Below, piece by piece: positions 52,187 to 61,412 of a stretch of 64,000 nucleotides of DNA (the stretch's first letter is position 1; the number at the start of each line of letters is the position of its first letter). The DNA is from Bdellovibrionales bacterium (GTDB taxonomy: Bacteria > Bdellovibrionota > Bdellovibrionia > Bdellovibrionales > UBA1609), in the NCBI GenBank assembly GCA_027317865.1, contig DAHVQG010000010.1:45627-109626 (forward strand), given 5' to 3'. The notes beneath the pieces are model-generated. The model made no database searches, had not been told where the DNA came from, and saw only the letters and a program-made list of their open reading frames with translations. The position numbers and the translations under genes were made by a program.

Positions 52187-54634
52187 ATGGCATCGAACAC
52201 ACAGAAACTTCCACTATTACCGTTACGCGACTTAATTATTTTTCCGCACATGATGATGCCGCTTTTTGTCGGGCGAGAAAAAAGCATCAACGCGCTTGAA
52301 GAGGCGATGACAAAGCAAACCGATATCGTACTTGCGGCCCAAAAAGATCCGAAAGCCAATGCCCCCCAACCTGAAGAAATTTACGGCGTTGGAACAATCG
52401 GCACAATAATTCAGCTTCTGCGGCTGCCCGACGGCACGGTTAAAGTTCTTGTCGAAGGTAAGAAACGTGCCCTAATCAAAAACTATTTGCAAACCGAGGG
52501 TGTGTTTTTTGTCGAAATCGAAGAGATGAAAGAAAACATTGCCAATGAAGTCGAAGCGCGCGCCTTGGTGCGCTCGATTAAGGCGACTTTTGAAACCTAC
52601 GTAAAACTCAATAAGCGCATTCCACCCGAAGTTTTGATGCGCGTGTCAACCATTGAAGAAATTGGCGAGCTTGGGGATATCATTGTTGCGCAACTCAACC
52701 TGAAGCTTGAAGACAAACAGGGCATTCTTGAAATCACCGACCCGGGTAAACGCCTTGAAGAACTCCTCAATCTCATGACCGGTGAAATTGAAATTCTTGA
52801 AGTGGAGCGCAAAATTCGTGGTCGCGTGAAAAAGCAAATGGAGCGGTCACAAAAAGAATACTATCTGAACGAGCAGATGCAGGCGATACAAAAAGAACTT
52901 GGTGAAAAGGACGATTACCAGGCCGAACTTGATGAATTGAGCGAGCGGCTTGAAGAAAAGAAGATGGCCGACGAGGCAAAAAAGAAAGTAAAAAAAGAAA
53001 TCAAAAAATTGAAAATGATGTCGCCGATGTCGGCCGAAGCGGCGGTTGTTCGAAATTATATCGATTGGATGCTCGATTTGCCGTGGGCTAATTACGCAAA
53101 AGAAAAACACGACATAGAAGAAGCTAAGCGTATTTTAGATGACGACCACTGGGGCCTTGAAAAGGTAAAAGAGCGAATTCTAGAACATTTAGCCGTGCAG
53201 TCGCTTAACAATAAATTACGTGGTCCGATTCTTTGTCTTGTCGGCCCGCCAGGCGTTGGTAAAACTTCTCTTGCGCGCTCGATTGCGCGTTCACTGAACA
53301 GGCCGTTTTCGCGCATTTCTCTTGGCGGCGTTCGCGATGAGGCTGAAATTCGCGGCCATCGTAAAACTTATGTGGGAGCTATGCCAGGCAAGATCATTCA
53401 AGCGATGCGAAAAAGCGAATATGGCAATCCGCTGCTTTTACTCGACGAAATCGATAAGATGAGCATGGATTTTCGCGGCGACCCGAGTTCCGCACTCCTA
53501 GAAGTGTTAGACCCGGAGCAAAATTGCAATTTTCAAGATCATTACTTAGAAGTGGATTATGATCTTTCGCAGGTGATGTTCGTCACGACGGCAAATTCCC
53601 TGCATCCGGTGCCGCGTCCGCTTATTGACCGGATGGAGATCATTCAACTTGAGGGGTACATCGAAGACGAAAAGTTTCATATTTGCCAAAAATATTTAGT
53701 TCCGAAACAGATCGAGTTGCACGGGCTTAAAGATTACAAAATTAATTTTACGCCTTCGGCAATTCGCGAGGTCATTCGATCCTACACGCGAGAAGCGGGC
53801 GTTCGAAATTTAGAACGTCAAATTGCTACGGTCTGCCGAAAACTCGCAAAAGAGATCGTGACCGAAAAGCTCAAAAGCGAGCACAAAAACGGCAAGCGCG
53901 CCAAAATATTAAAGGCGAGCATGAAACCGATTCAGGTTACCCCGGCAAAAGTGACGGAACTTTTGGGCCCGGACAAAAACCGGTTTGGCAAAATCGAGGC
54001 GCAAAGCGAAATCGGCCTGACCAATGGTCTAGCGTGGACAGAAGTTGGCGGGGATCTTCTGGTTGTTGAAGTGTCTACGGTACCGGGCAAAGGCAAATTC
54101 ACAATTACAGGCCAACTAGGCGACGTGATGAAAGAATCTTGTGCGGCGGCAATGAGTTATGTGCGGTCGCGCGGTCCGCTGTTTGGATTTGATAAAGAAA
54201 TCTACGCCAATTTGGACGTACACATTCACGTGCCTGAGGGAGCTATTCCAAAAGATGGACCGTCTGCCGGGGTTGCCATTACAACAAGTATTGTTTCGTC
54301 AATGACGAAAATCCCTGTGAAGAAGACGGTGGCAATGACGGGCGAGGTGACGTTGCGGGGCCGCGTGCTTGCCATTGGCGGGTTACGCGAAAAGATATTA
54401 GCGGCTCATCGCGGCGGAATTAAAATGGTGATCATTCCGAAAGAAAACGAGAAGGATCTGAAAGATATTCCCAAACAAGTTTTGAAAGACGTTAAAGTTG
54501 TTCTAGTTGATCATGTGGACCAAGTATTGGTGAACGCTTTAGAAATTCGTAATCCGCGAGAGCTATTTAAATCACGCGGCGAGCGCTCACTTGGAATACG
54601 TGCGCAATATCAAGGTTCATCGTTGCAACATTAA
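52187..54634 (+). CDS. lon: Lon protease
   Basis: [43 protein letters not shown]. Confidence 0.97.
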   Translation: MASNTQKLPLLPLRDLIIFPHMMMPLFVGREKSINALEEAMTKQTDIVLAAQKDPKANAPQPEEIYGVGTIGTIIQLLRLPDGTVKVLVEGKKRALIKNYLQTEGVFFVEIEEMKENIANEVEARALVRSIKATFETYVKLNKRIPPEVLMRVSTIEEIGELGDIIVAQLNLKLEDKQGILEITDPGKRLEELLNLMTGEIEILEVERKIRGRVKKQMERSQKEYYLNEQMQAIQKELGEKDDYQAELDELSERLEEKKMADEAKKKVKKEIKKLKMMSPMSAEAAVVRNYIDWMLDLPWANYAKEKHDIEEAKRILDDDHWGLEKVKERILEHLAVQSLNNKLRGPILCLVGPPGVGKTSLARSIARSLNRPFSRISLGGVRDEAEIRGHRKTYVGAMPGKIIQAMRKSEYGNPLLLLDEIDKMSMDFRGDPSSALLEVLDPEQNCNFQDHYLEVDYDLSQVMFVTTANSLHPVPRPLIDRMEIIQLEGYIEDEKFHICQKYLVPKQIELHGLKDYKINFTPSAIREVIRSYTREAGVRNLERQIATVCRKLAKEIVTEKLKSEHKNGKRAKILKASMKPIQVTPAKVTELLGPDKNRFGKIEAQSEIGLTNGLAWTEVGGDLLVVEVSTVPGKGKFTITGQLGDVMKESCAAAMSYVRSRGPLFGFDKEIYANLDVHIHVPEGAIPKDGPSAGVAITTSIVSSMTKIPVKKTVAMTGEVTLRGRVLAIGGLREKILAAHRGGIKMVIIPKENEKDLKDIPKQVLKDVKVVLVDHVDQVLVNALEIRNPRELFKSRGERSLGIRAQYQGSSLQH

Positions 54635-54728
54635 TGCTTCAAACAGTTTGCATTAGGTAGAAATTTCCAACAATACTCTTGACCCCGGCGTGACAGATTT
54701 TGTAAGAATTTAACGCCGGGGGGATTCG

Positions 54729-55856
54729 TTGCACACGCTGCCAGCCGATAACAAATTGAATGACAGTCTGGAATCGTTGACCGAGGTTGGTAAACTTTAT
54801 GCTGACCGCTGCGATTTCAAGACGGCCGAGGGTTTTTTTACTCGCGCAGCCGACGGCTATTTGAGCAAAAAAGATTTTGCGAATTATCTGCGATGTATCA
54901 ATCGACTTTTGACATTATATGCGGAAATGGAAAATCATTCCGCGATAGACGGGCTTAAAGAAAAACTCCAAGAGCTCATGCAAAAAGAAAAAGTGAGCCT
55001 TGATTCTCGCACATATTACAGTCTAGGACTGTGCGCTTCTTATAAGGGACAACACAAAACAGCCCTTGAATATCTTGAAAAATCACTGGCCCTGGCTCTC
55101 GCGGCTGACGACAAAGAAAGCATTTGCTACGCCATTAGCGGCATATCGATTATTTATACGGCACTTGGCCGCTTCGAAGATGCCCTTAAAGAAATCTACA
55201 ATTTGCAGGTCTTTTTTCAGGTTTTGCCGATGCCGGAGCTTCGACTTTCGAGTCAAATCATGAACGGCCATATTTTGCGCGAAATGGGCAAGTACGAACA
55301 GGCGCTTGAGATTTTTTGGAAGTGCTACGAAGAGTTACGCGATCAAAAAAACCTCTATTATTTTATTTTGCTCCTCTATGCCATGGGGGTAACTTATCTG
55401 GAGTCTGGCGATCATGATTTGGCGCGCATGTATTTAATGCTCGCTAAAAGCAGTGCTGACCCTGAAAATCTTCGCTACTTTACCGGTAAAGTTGAAAAGC
55501 AGCTTGCCGAGATCGGTGATGTTAAACTTGTCGACTACGATTTGGTTTTTGACGCCGTCAATAAGCAAATCACCGAGAAAAAACGGGGCAAAGTTGATTT
55601 TAAAAATCAGTTCATTCTTCTCGATTTGCTGAGACTGTTCATGAAAACTCCGGGAGAAGTGCATTCCAAAGAAACAATTGTTGAAAAGATTTGGAAGCAA
55701 AGCTATGACCCAAGGGTTCATGACAATAAGTTGTATGTGACGATTAAGCGGCTGCGAAAGATGATTGAGCCGGATTTTGATAAACCGAAATATATTTTTA
55801 GAGCAAAGAACGGGTATTATTTAAACAAAAACGCGCGCGTTTTGCTGCAAAAGTAG
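54729..55856 (+). CDS. TPR plus OmpR-type winged-helix transcriptional regulator
   Basis: TPR helices then SKE.IV..IW...YDP..HDN..YVTIKRLR..IEP.......I.....GY; TTG start. Confidence 0.82.
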   Translation: MHTLPADNKLNDSLESLTEVGKLYADRCDFKTAEGFFTRAADGYLSKKDFANYLRCINRLLTLYAEMENHSAIDGLKEKLQELMQKEKVSLDSRTYYSLGLCASYKGQHKTALEYLEKSLALALAADDKESICYAISGISIIYTALGRFEDALKEIYNLQVFFQVLPMPELRLSSQIMNGHILREMGKYEQALEIFWKCYEELRDQKNLYYFILLLYAMGVTYLESGDHDLARMYLMLAKSSADPENLRYFTGKVEKQLAEIGDVKLVDYDLVFDAVNKQITEKKRGKVDFKNQFILLDLLRLFMKTPGEVHSKETIVEKIWKQSYDPRVHDNKLYVTIKRLRKMIEPDFDKPKYIFRAKNGYYLNKNARVLLQK

Positions 55857-55900
55857 CACAACAGATATAGGGATGATCGGCTCGCGCCTGGGGGCAAAAA

Positions 55901-56413
55901 ATGTTAGCAAAACGATTTCGACTTTCAACGCTATTTACGATCGCGCTATTTGCGACTTTCACCGTACTGGGGTCTGGGGCAAGAGCGGCTGGAGATCATC
56001 CATTTCCGTGGCCGAGAATTTTTCGATGCCCGATCTCGTGGCAAGACTTAAACGGACGTTACCGAGTTGAGGCAATTAACCCTGGGCCGTTCGAAGATCA
56101 TCTGATAGTTCTTGCGGTTCGACCAAGCCGTAGCCGCGTAGGGGTCGAATTCGTTGAAATTACCGAGTACACGCCGGGTGGAGAATTATTTGCCCAAGGC
56201 AACTCTTATGCGCCGATGAGTTCGTTATCTGTGCGAAGTGTACTGCGGCAAGAAGGCGGCCAGTCGGAATTTACAGTAGAAATGCGCGCGTACCGCCGTC
56301 GCTTGCGCGATCGTTGCGATTCCAACGACGTCATTCTCTCAATTTCGTACTGTTCGCTTGGCGGCAATCTTTGTGAGGCTGGTCCGTCGTACGAACTGGT
56401 TCGGATGCGTTAA
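55901..56413 (+). CDS. Hypothetical secreted protein
   Basis: Signal peptide ending ARA, PFPW motif, four Cys; followed by a terminator. Confidence 0.7.
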   Translation: MLAKRFRLSTLFTIALFATFTVLGSGARAAGDHPFPWPRIFRCPISWQDLNGRYRVEAINPGPFEDHLIVLAVRPSRSRVGVEFVEITEYTPGGELFAQGNSYAPMSSLSVRSVLRQEGGQSEFTVEMRAYRRRLRDRCDSNDVILSISYCSLGGNLCEAGPSYELVRMR

Positions 56414-56458
56414 GCATTTTTTGATAATGTCGTAAGAGCTTGCGAGGTTTCTCGCATC

Positions 56459-56495
56459 AATAAAAAGGCGGGGATTATCTTCCCGCCTTTTTATT
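56459..56495. terminator. Bidirectional rho-independent terminator
   Basis: AATAAAAAGGCGGG / CCCGCCTTTTTATT inverted repeat. Confidence 0.85.
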
Positions 56496-56710
56496 TGGAT
56501 TCGAATCGACGGCGATAGCCAAATCTGGCGTAACAAGTAAATTAATTTTATTCGGTCGCAACTGCTTAGCCTCGACGAAAGGCAATTTCTTACTTGGCCT
56601 TCAGGCCAAAAGTCGAACAGTTGGGTAAAGAAATCCTAAATTAACGAATAAAAACTTACAAAGTTTTGAAATTACACCGATTTATCAAAAGGAGTAATCG
56701 GAGGAGAATT

Positions 56711-56836
56711 ATGGGGTCTAGAAAACAACTTGATCAGTTGGCCGATGAATTGCCTTCAAATCAAAAGCGTTTGCGAGTGATCAGGCAAGATCGAATAAAC
56801 GTCGAAGACATGGATTGTCATCATGAAATCGTCTAG
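56711..56836 (+). CDS. 41-aa leader ORF MGSRKQLDQLADELPSNQKRLRVIRQDRINVEDMDCHHEIV
   Basis: Read manually; GGAGGAG RBS; its TAG overlaps the AGGAGG RBS of the next gene. Confidence 0.6.
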   Translation: MGSRKQLDQLADELPSNQKRLRVIRQDRINVEDMDCHHEIV

Positions 56837-56848
56837 GAGGTAATAAAA

Positions 56849-58366
56849 ATGGCATCTGATGTTGGCCAAATTTTTAAAATCGGCAAGGATCAGGAATCGC
56901 TGGTTAAGCCCATACAATATCGAGAAGATCGCATTGCAATTCCGCCTGAGATCAACTCGTCAGTGAATTTCGAAAACTTTTATGGAGAGCCGAATACGGG
57001 TCGATTGGTGAATATATCCAGATTTGGCCTTTGTTTCGAAATAAACGATCAAGACTCGCTCGCCGGCGTGAACACGAAAGTTTCGAAATTCGTTGCTACG
57101 GTTGGTGATACTCAGATCTATTCAGGTGATGTCACCATCGTCGGTGAATACGGCTCAAAATCGGGTTCCGTTATGTATGGCGCGGTCGTTGAAACCTCAA
57201 CGATTGACGTCGATCAGGTAGCCGCGATCATTGACCTGAACAGCAACATCGACTTTTTAAGAACAACAAAAAAAGTTTTGGAGATTTCAGAGTTGGTAAG
57301 GCCGGAATTCAAAATTCTTGTTGCGGATTTGAATACGCTCTTTCAAGACCTCAAAGCGAAGCTTTTACTTGAGCAAGAGCGCGTAACAAAACTGGGCAGA
57401 ACAGAGCAACAGAAGGCGAGACTGGAAGAACACGCTATATCGCTCGCGCTATCGCTATACCGCGAAGAGTTTCATAAAATATTTAGCAGCTTTAAAGCGA
57501 TCACCGATGGTTTTTCAGGCGACGAGACAGTTCTGCATAAACAGTATTTTCGGGCAAACTTTCAGCACCTCGTTGAGGGCGCGCCGTTTTTAAATCGTGC
57601 GCAAACTAAACCTTTGGGTTATGCGGGTGACTACGGTCTGATGGTCATGCTTTACGAATATCATGACGTAGGTAAAGACTTATTTGGCAAGTTTTTTCAT
57701 CGGCTTGGGTGCAATGAACCGGCGGCGCTTGCAAATAAAAATAGAGTTGAATACATCGGGGATTTGTTGATTGAGAATTACAACTCCATTGACGGTGCTG
57801 GGCAAAAAAAGGTCGACCCATTTAAGATTACGTCTGTTGCCTGCGGTCCGGCACGGGAAATCCAAATATTTCTCGACGCCGTAGAAAAGCGTTCGGCACC
57901 GGTTGAAATTGTGCTCATCGATCAGGAGAAGAGCGCGCTGGACCACGCGACCGAGCGATTAAAGACGTCGAACCTCGGAAAGCCCGTTAGGGTAAAAACT
58001 TTCGCAGAAGATGCCGTGCTTGGAATAATTAAAGAACGCGCATTTGTACAAGAAATCATAGGCAGTAGGTTCATTATATGCTCCGGCCTCTTTGACTATC
58101 TCAGCAACCGAGTCGCAGCGAGACTACTAGAGAGCTTGTACGCGCTTGTCGCGGCCGGGGGCACACTCATTGTCGGCAATGTCTCCAAGCAAAATCCAGA
58201 TCGCTTTAGCATGGACTATTTTATGGATTGGAATTTAATTTTGCGTGATGCAAACGACCTACGCAGACTCGCCGCAGGTGTTACTGCAAAGTGGCCAGAG
58301 GCCAAGGTCGAAGTTGCATCTGAGTCGTTGGGAATAAACTTATTTTTGCACATAACTAAGAAGTGA
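56849..58366 (+). CDS. PhcB-like class I SAM-dependent methyltransferase with N-terminal PilZ-like domain
   Basis: R...KPLGYAGDY..M..LY, SVACGPAREI, LIDQE, SGLFDYL, GG.L.VGN, MD..MDWNLI.R; N-terminal REDR...NISRFG; family assignment from recalled motifs. Confidence 0.75.
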   Translation: MASDVGQIFKIGKDQESLVKPIQYREDRIAIPPEINSSVNFENFYGEPNTGRLVNISRFGLCFEINDQDSLAGVNTKVSKFVATVGDTQIYSGDVTIVGEYGSKSGSVMYGAVVETSTIDVDQVAAIIDLNSNIDFLRTTKKVLEISELVRPEFKILVADLNTLFQDLKAKLLLEQERVTKLGRTEQQKARLEEHAISLALSLYREEFHKIFSSFKAITDGFSGDETVLHKQYFRANFQHLVEGAPFLNRAQTKPLGYAGDYGLMVMLYEYHDVGKDLFGKFFHRLGCNEPAALANKNRVEYIGDLLIENYNSIDGAGQKKVDPFKITSVACGPAREIQIFLDAVEKRSAPVEIVLIDQEKSALDHATERLKTSNLGKPVRVKTFAEDAVLGIIKERAFVQEIIGSRFIICSGLFDYLSNRVAARLLESLYALVAAGGTLIVGNVSKQNPDRFSMDYFMDWNLILRDANDLRRLAAGVTAKWPEAKVEVASESLGINLFLHITKK

Positions 58367-59805
58367 TTGTGGAAAAGCACATTGAAGGTCGCCTGCTCGA
58401 AGAAGAGCGACAAACAATCGTTCATCGAGTACTGATAGCAACAAAGTACATGGCGGTTCCACTTGTACTTTCTTTTAGCCTTGTCGATCACTTTTTTGCG
58501 CCAAAATTGTTTTGGCAATTTTTCTACCTTAGGCTGTTCATAATCCCAGTTGGGGCGTGCGCTTATTTTATGTACCGACTTAAGATTGTTAGGGAGCGCT
58601 TTTACGAATTGCCTGGTATTTTTGTTTGTCTTTTCTTGGGCCTATACAATGCCTATATGGCCATGGTAACCGGCGGGGCCGCGTCGCCATACTACGCCGG
58701 TCTCAACCTTGTCACGTTCGGCAGCCTATTTTTCTTGCCGTTCCGGAAGCGTTATATTGTTTTGATGTTCCTGGCTATTTACGGCCCGTATTTTGCGCTG
58801 CTTCCGTTTTTTACTGAGCATTTGAGCCTGAAGTATTTTGTACCAAACGTCGCATTTATGTTTTCCACTGGCTTCGTCGGCTTGATTGTCGCTTGGGTTA
58901 CGCGCGAAATGCGAAGGAAAGAGGTTGAGGCTAAAATTTCGCTCGAATTTGAATTGCAGAACAAGGATCGTATTATAAAAGCAAAGACGCAAGAGGCGAC
59001 AGAACTGGAGAAGCTTGCCATCCAATTTTCGCCACAAGTGATTAGTGCGATTAAATCCCAGCAAATTGACCTATCAAGTTCGATACGACAGGAAATTTCA
59101 TGTATCTTTATAGATCTTGAAAATTCAACATCAAGAAGCGCGCGAATAGACTATTCGATTTATTCAAGTCTTTTGCGGGAGTTTTTTTCGGATTGTGTGG
59201 AGATTTTGCTTTCGCATAATATTACTGTTGGCACGTATCTTGGGGATGGCCTTTTAGCATTTGCAAATGCCCCGCAAATGGTTCCAGAACATGCTAAAAT
59301 GGCAGTAGACTCGTGCCTGGATATTCTATCTCGTCATCACCAAAAGAGTAGCTATTATCGCGACAAGTGGCGAACTAACTTCAATGTTAGAATAGGTATT
59401 AATACCGGTTTTGCCGAGGTCGGCTTCTTCCCGAGTGCACAGCGTGGCACCTATACTGCGGTCGGCGAAGCTGTAAACCTCGCATCAAGGCTAATGACAA
59501 ACGCGCCCCCAAATTCGATCTGCGTGACAAGGGGCGTGCTTGTCAAAATGGGAGATAGCTTGAGCAACGTAGATGTCGAGTCACTTGGGACTTTCGATAA
59601 CATTAAGGGTTTTCAGGGCGAACTATACGATTTATTTTCGATTCGGAAAAAAGAGATGAAGCAAGATCGCTCACGCGACGCATGTCCACTTTGTGGTGGA
59701 AAGCTTGTGGCCATAAATGATCTCGGCGAGACCATTTTGGCTAGATGTATGAAATGCCGGTATACTGATCTCATCGACAAATCCAAATTCAGCAATGTAG
59801 CCTAG
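58363..59805 (+). CDS. Membrane-sensor class III adenylate/guanylate cyclase with C-terminal CxxC-CxxC Zn ribbon
   Basis: About 6 TMs with SPYYAGLNL; FIDLENST, LGDG, RIGINTG, YTAVGEAVNLASRL, IKG; CPLC...CMKC; GTGA overlap with the upstream stop. Confidence 0.88.
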   Translation: MIVEKHIEGRLLEEERQTIVHRVLIATKYMAVPLVLSFSLVDHFFAPKLFWQFFYLRLFIIPVGACAYFMYRLKIVRERFYELPGIFVCLFLGLYNAYMAMVTGGAASPYYAGLNLVTFGSLFFLPFRKRYIVLMFLAIYGPYFALLPFFTEHLSLKYFVPNVAFMFSTGFVGLIVAWVTREMRRKEVEAKISLEFELQNKDRIIKAKTQEATELEKLAIQFSPQVISAIKSQQIDLSSSIRQEISCIFIDLENSTSRSARIDYSIYSSLLREFFSDCVEILLSHNITVGTYLGDGLLAFANAPQMVPEHAKMAVDSCLDILSRHHQKSSYYRDKWRTNFNVRIGINTGFAEVGFFPSAQRGTYTAVGEAVNLASRLMTNAPPNSICVTRGVLVKMGDSLSNVDVESLGTFDNIKGFQGELYDLFSIRKKEMKQDRSRDACPLCGGKLVAINDLGETILARCMKCRYTDLIDKSKFSNVA

Positions 59806-60044
59806 TCCCACCTCACATGCCCTAAGTGGATGGATAATTAGCGAATGTAATAGTTCATATTAAATTTCAAATTAACATTAGTTAGCTAAAACGTCGCAGC
59901 TGTGGCTATGTAAAAAAGAGTAGCGCCAACGTTAAAAGTGGCAATGCTGCATAAAGAGATTTCAAAACTGAAAACCCATTCTAAACACATTGTATTTTCT
60001 ATGAGAACTCGGTTATTTATACGCTTGTTCTTTGGGGGATACTG

Positions 60045-61412
60045 GTGGGCAAGCGAAGGTCAATCTCATTAAAGACGAGAGCCCCAGACAGCTACGAAGC
60101 TGAATGGCTCGAATTTTCTAAAAAAAGTTTAAAAATTGGAATTATTCGCGCTGGTCTGCCGCTTTGGTTGGTATTCGGTATTGCCGATTACATATATGCT
60201 CCAGAAAAACTAGCTTTACTGCTAACTGTAAGGATATGCGTTGTTTGTTTAAGCGCCGTTTATCTTTGGTATGCATTGCGGGCCGAGACGAAGCGGTCTT
60301 TTACTCTGAGATACGTCGGCTTATTAGCATTTTACGGGCTTGCGATATTGTTTGTTACGTATCTCGTCGGGGATCCGCACAATACGTATTTTCTTGGCGA
60401 ATTTCTTGTGGCAATCGGGGCGTTTACGTTTGTGATTTTGCCCATCGGCTATTATGTGCTTGTTGCACTCATCATTTTTGTTCCAATTCTTGTTTATGCG
60501 ATTATTACACACATGGCGCAGGAGTATCCGTATAGTTTTACGGTTTTTTCGTTCACGAGCATCGGGATCATTTGGGTGTGTGGACATGTCCGGTCGTATT
60601 TAGAAGTGACTCGAGCGCAAGAATTTGAAGCTCGGCAAGCGCTTCGGCAGATTTTAGCCGACAAAGAGGTGGCTGTTCAAAAGCTTGCCGACCAAGTGTG
60701 CTCGCTCGGCGCACTTAACGAAGGGCAGGATCAAAGGAATGTTGAAAAAGTGGCACGCCAAGTGGCGCACGACATCCGTTCGCCGCTTTCGGCAATGAAT
60801 GCGATTGCAAAAAAGGTCGAACACATATCGCCTGAACTGGCTGACCTTCTTAAAATGTCGTCGAAGAGGATCAACGATATTGCTGATTCATTGTCGGCGC
60901 CTTTGCTTAAGAAGTGCGATACGAGTCAAGTCACCGAAGTCAAAGAGGCAATATCAACCGTGGTCAAAGAAAAACTATTGCGAGTGAATCGTGACCGGAT
61001 TCAAATGAAAGTCGACGTGAGTCAGGATTTGCCGCGTTTGCCAATTTCACCGAGTAATTTTGAACGGGTGATTTCGAATATCACAGAGAATGCAATAGAA
61101 GCGATTAATGGTAGCGGAGTGATTGAAATTCGCGCGCAAAAGGCGCGGTCTAACGGTTCAGTGGCACAAATTGAAATACGCGATAATGGCTGCGGTATTT
61201 CGCCCGAAAATTTAAAAAAAATAGGTCACTACGGTTTCACTCACGGCAAGGCAAAAGGATCGGGCTTGGGTCTTGCTTATGCACGAGAAGTTATTGAATC
61301 CGTGTCGGGAAAAATTAAAGTTTCAAGCGAAATCGGCAAGTACACTTCGGTGGTGGTTGAAATTCCGACCGCTAGTTCGGTCGGCCCTCTTGGCGCGTTA
61401 CGACTGCAATAG
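60045..61412 (+). CDS. Membrane sensor histidine kinase (PhcS-like sensor), no receiver domain
   Basis: About 6 TMs; H-box ARQVAHDIRSPL, N-box NITENAIEA, DNGCGI, GSGLGL. Confidence 0.88.
   Translation: MGKRRSISLKTRAPDSYEAEWLEFSKKSLKIGIIRAGLPLWLVFGIADYIYAPEKLALLLTVRICVVCLSAVYLWYALRAETKRSFTLRYVGLLAFYGLAILFVTYLVGDPHNTYFLGEFLVAIGAFTFVILPIGYYVLVALIIFVPILVYAIITHMAQEYPYSFTVFSFTSIGIIWVCGHVRSYLEVTRAQEFEARQALRQILADKEVAVQKLADQVCSLGALNEGQDQRNVEKVARQVAHDIRSPLSAMNAIAKKVEHISPELADLLKMSSKRINDIADSLSAPLLKKCDTSQVTEVKEAISTVVKEKLLRVNRDRIQMKVDVSQDLPRLPISPSNFERVISNITENAIEAINGSGVIEIRAQKARSNGSVAQIEIRDNGCGISPENLKKIGHYGFTHGKAKGSGLGLAYAREVIESVSGKIKVSSEIGKYTSVVVEIPTASSVGPLGALRLQ

Noticed and set aside
58363-59805. Pycsar/CBASS-type antiphage system
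   Set aside because: No cyclic-nucleotide-binding effector (TIR or TM-CNBD) is adjacent; the sensor-fused architecture fits signalling better
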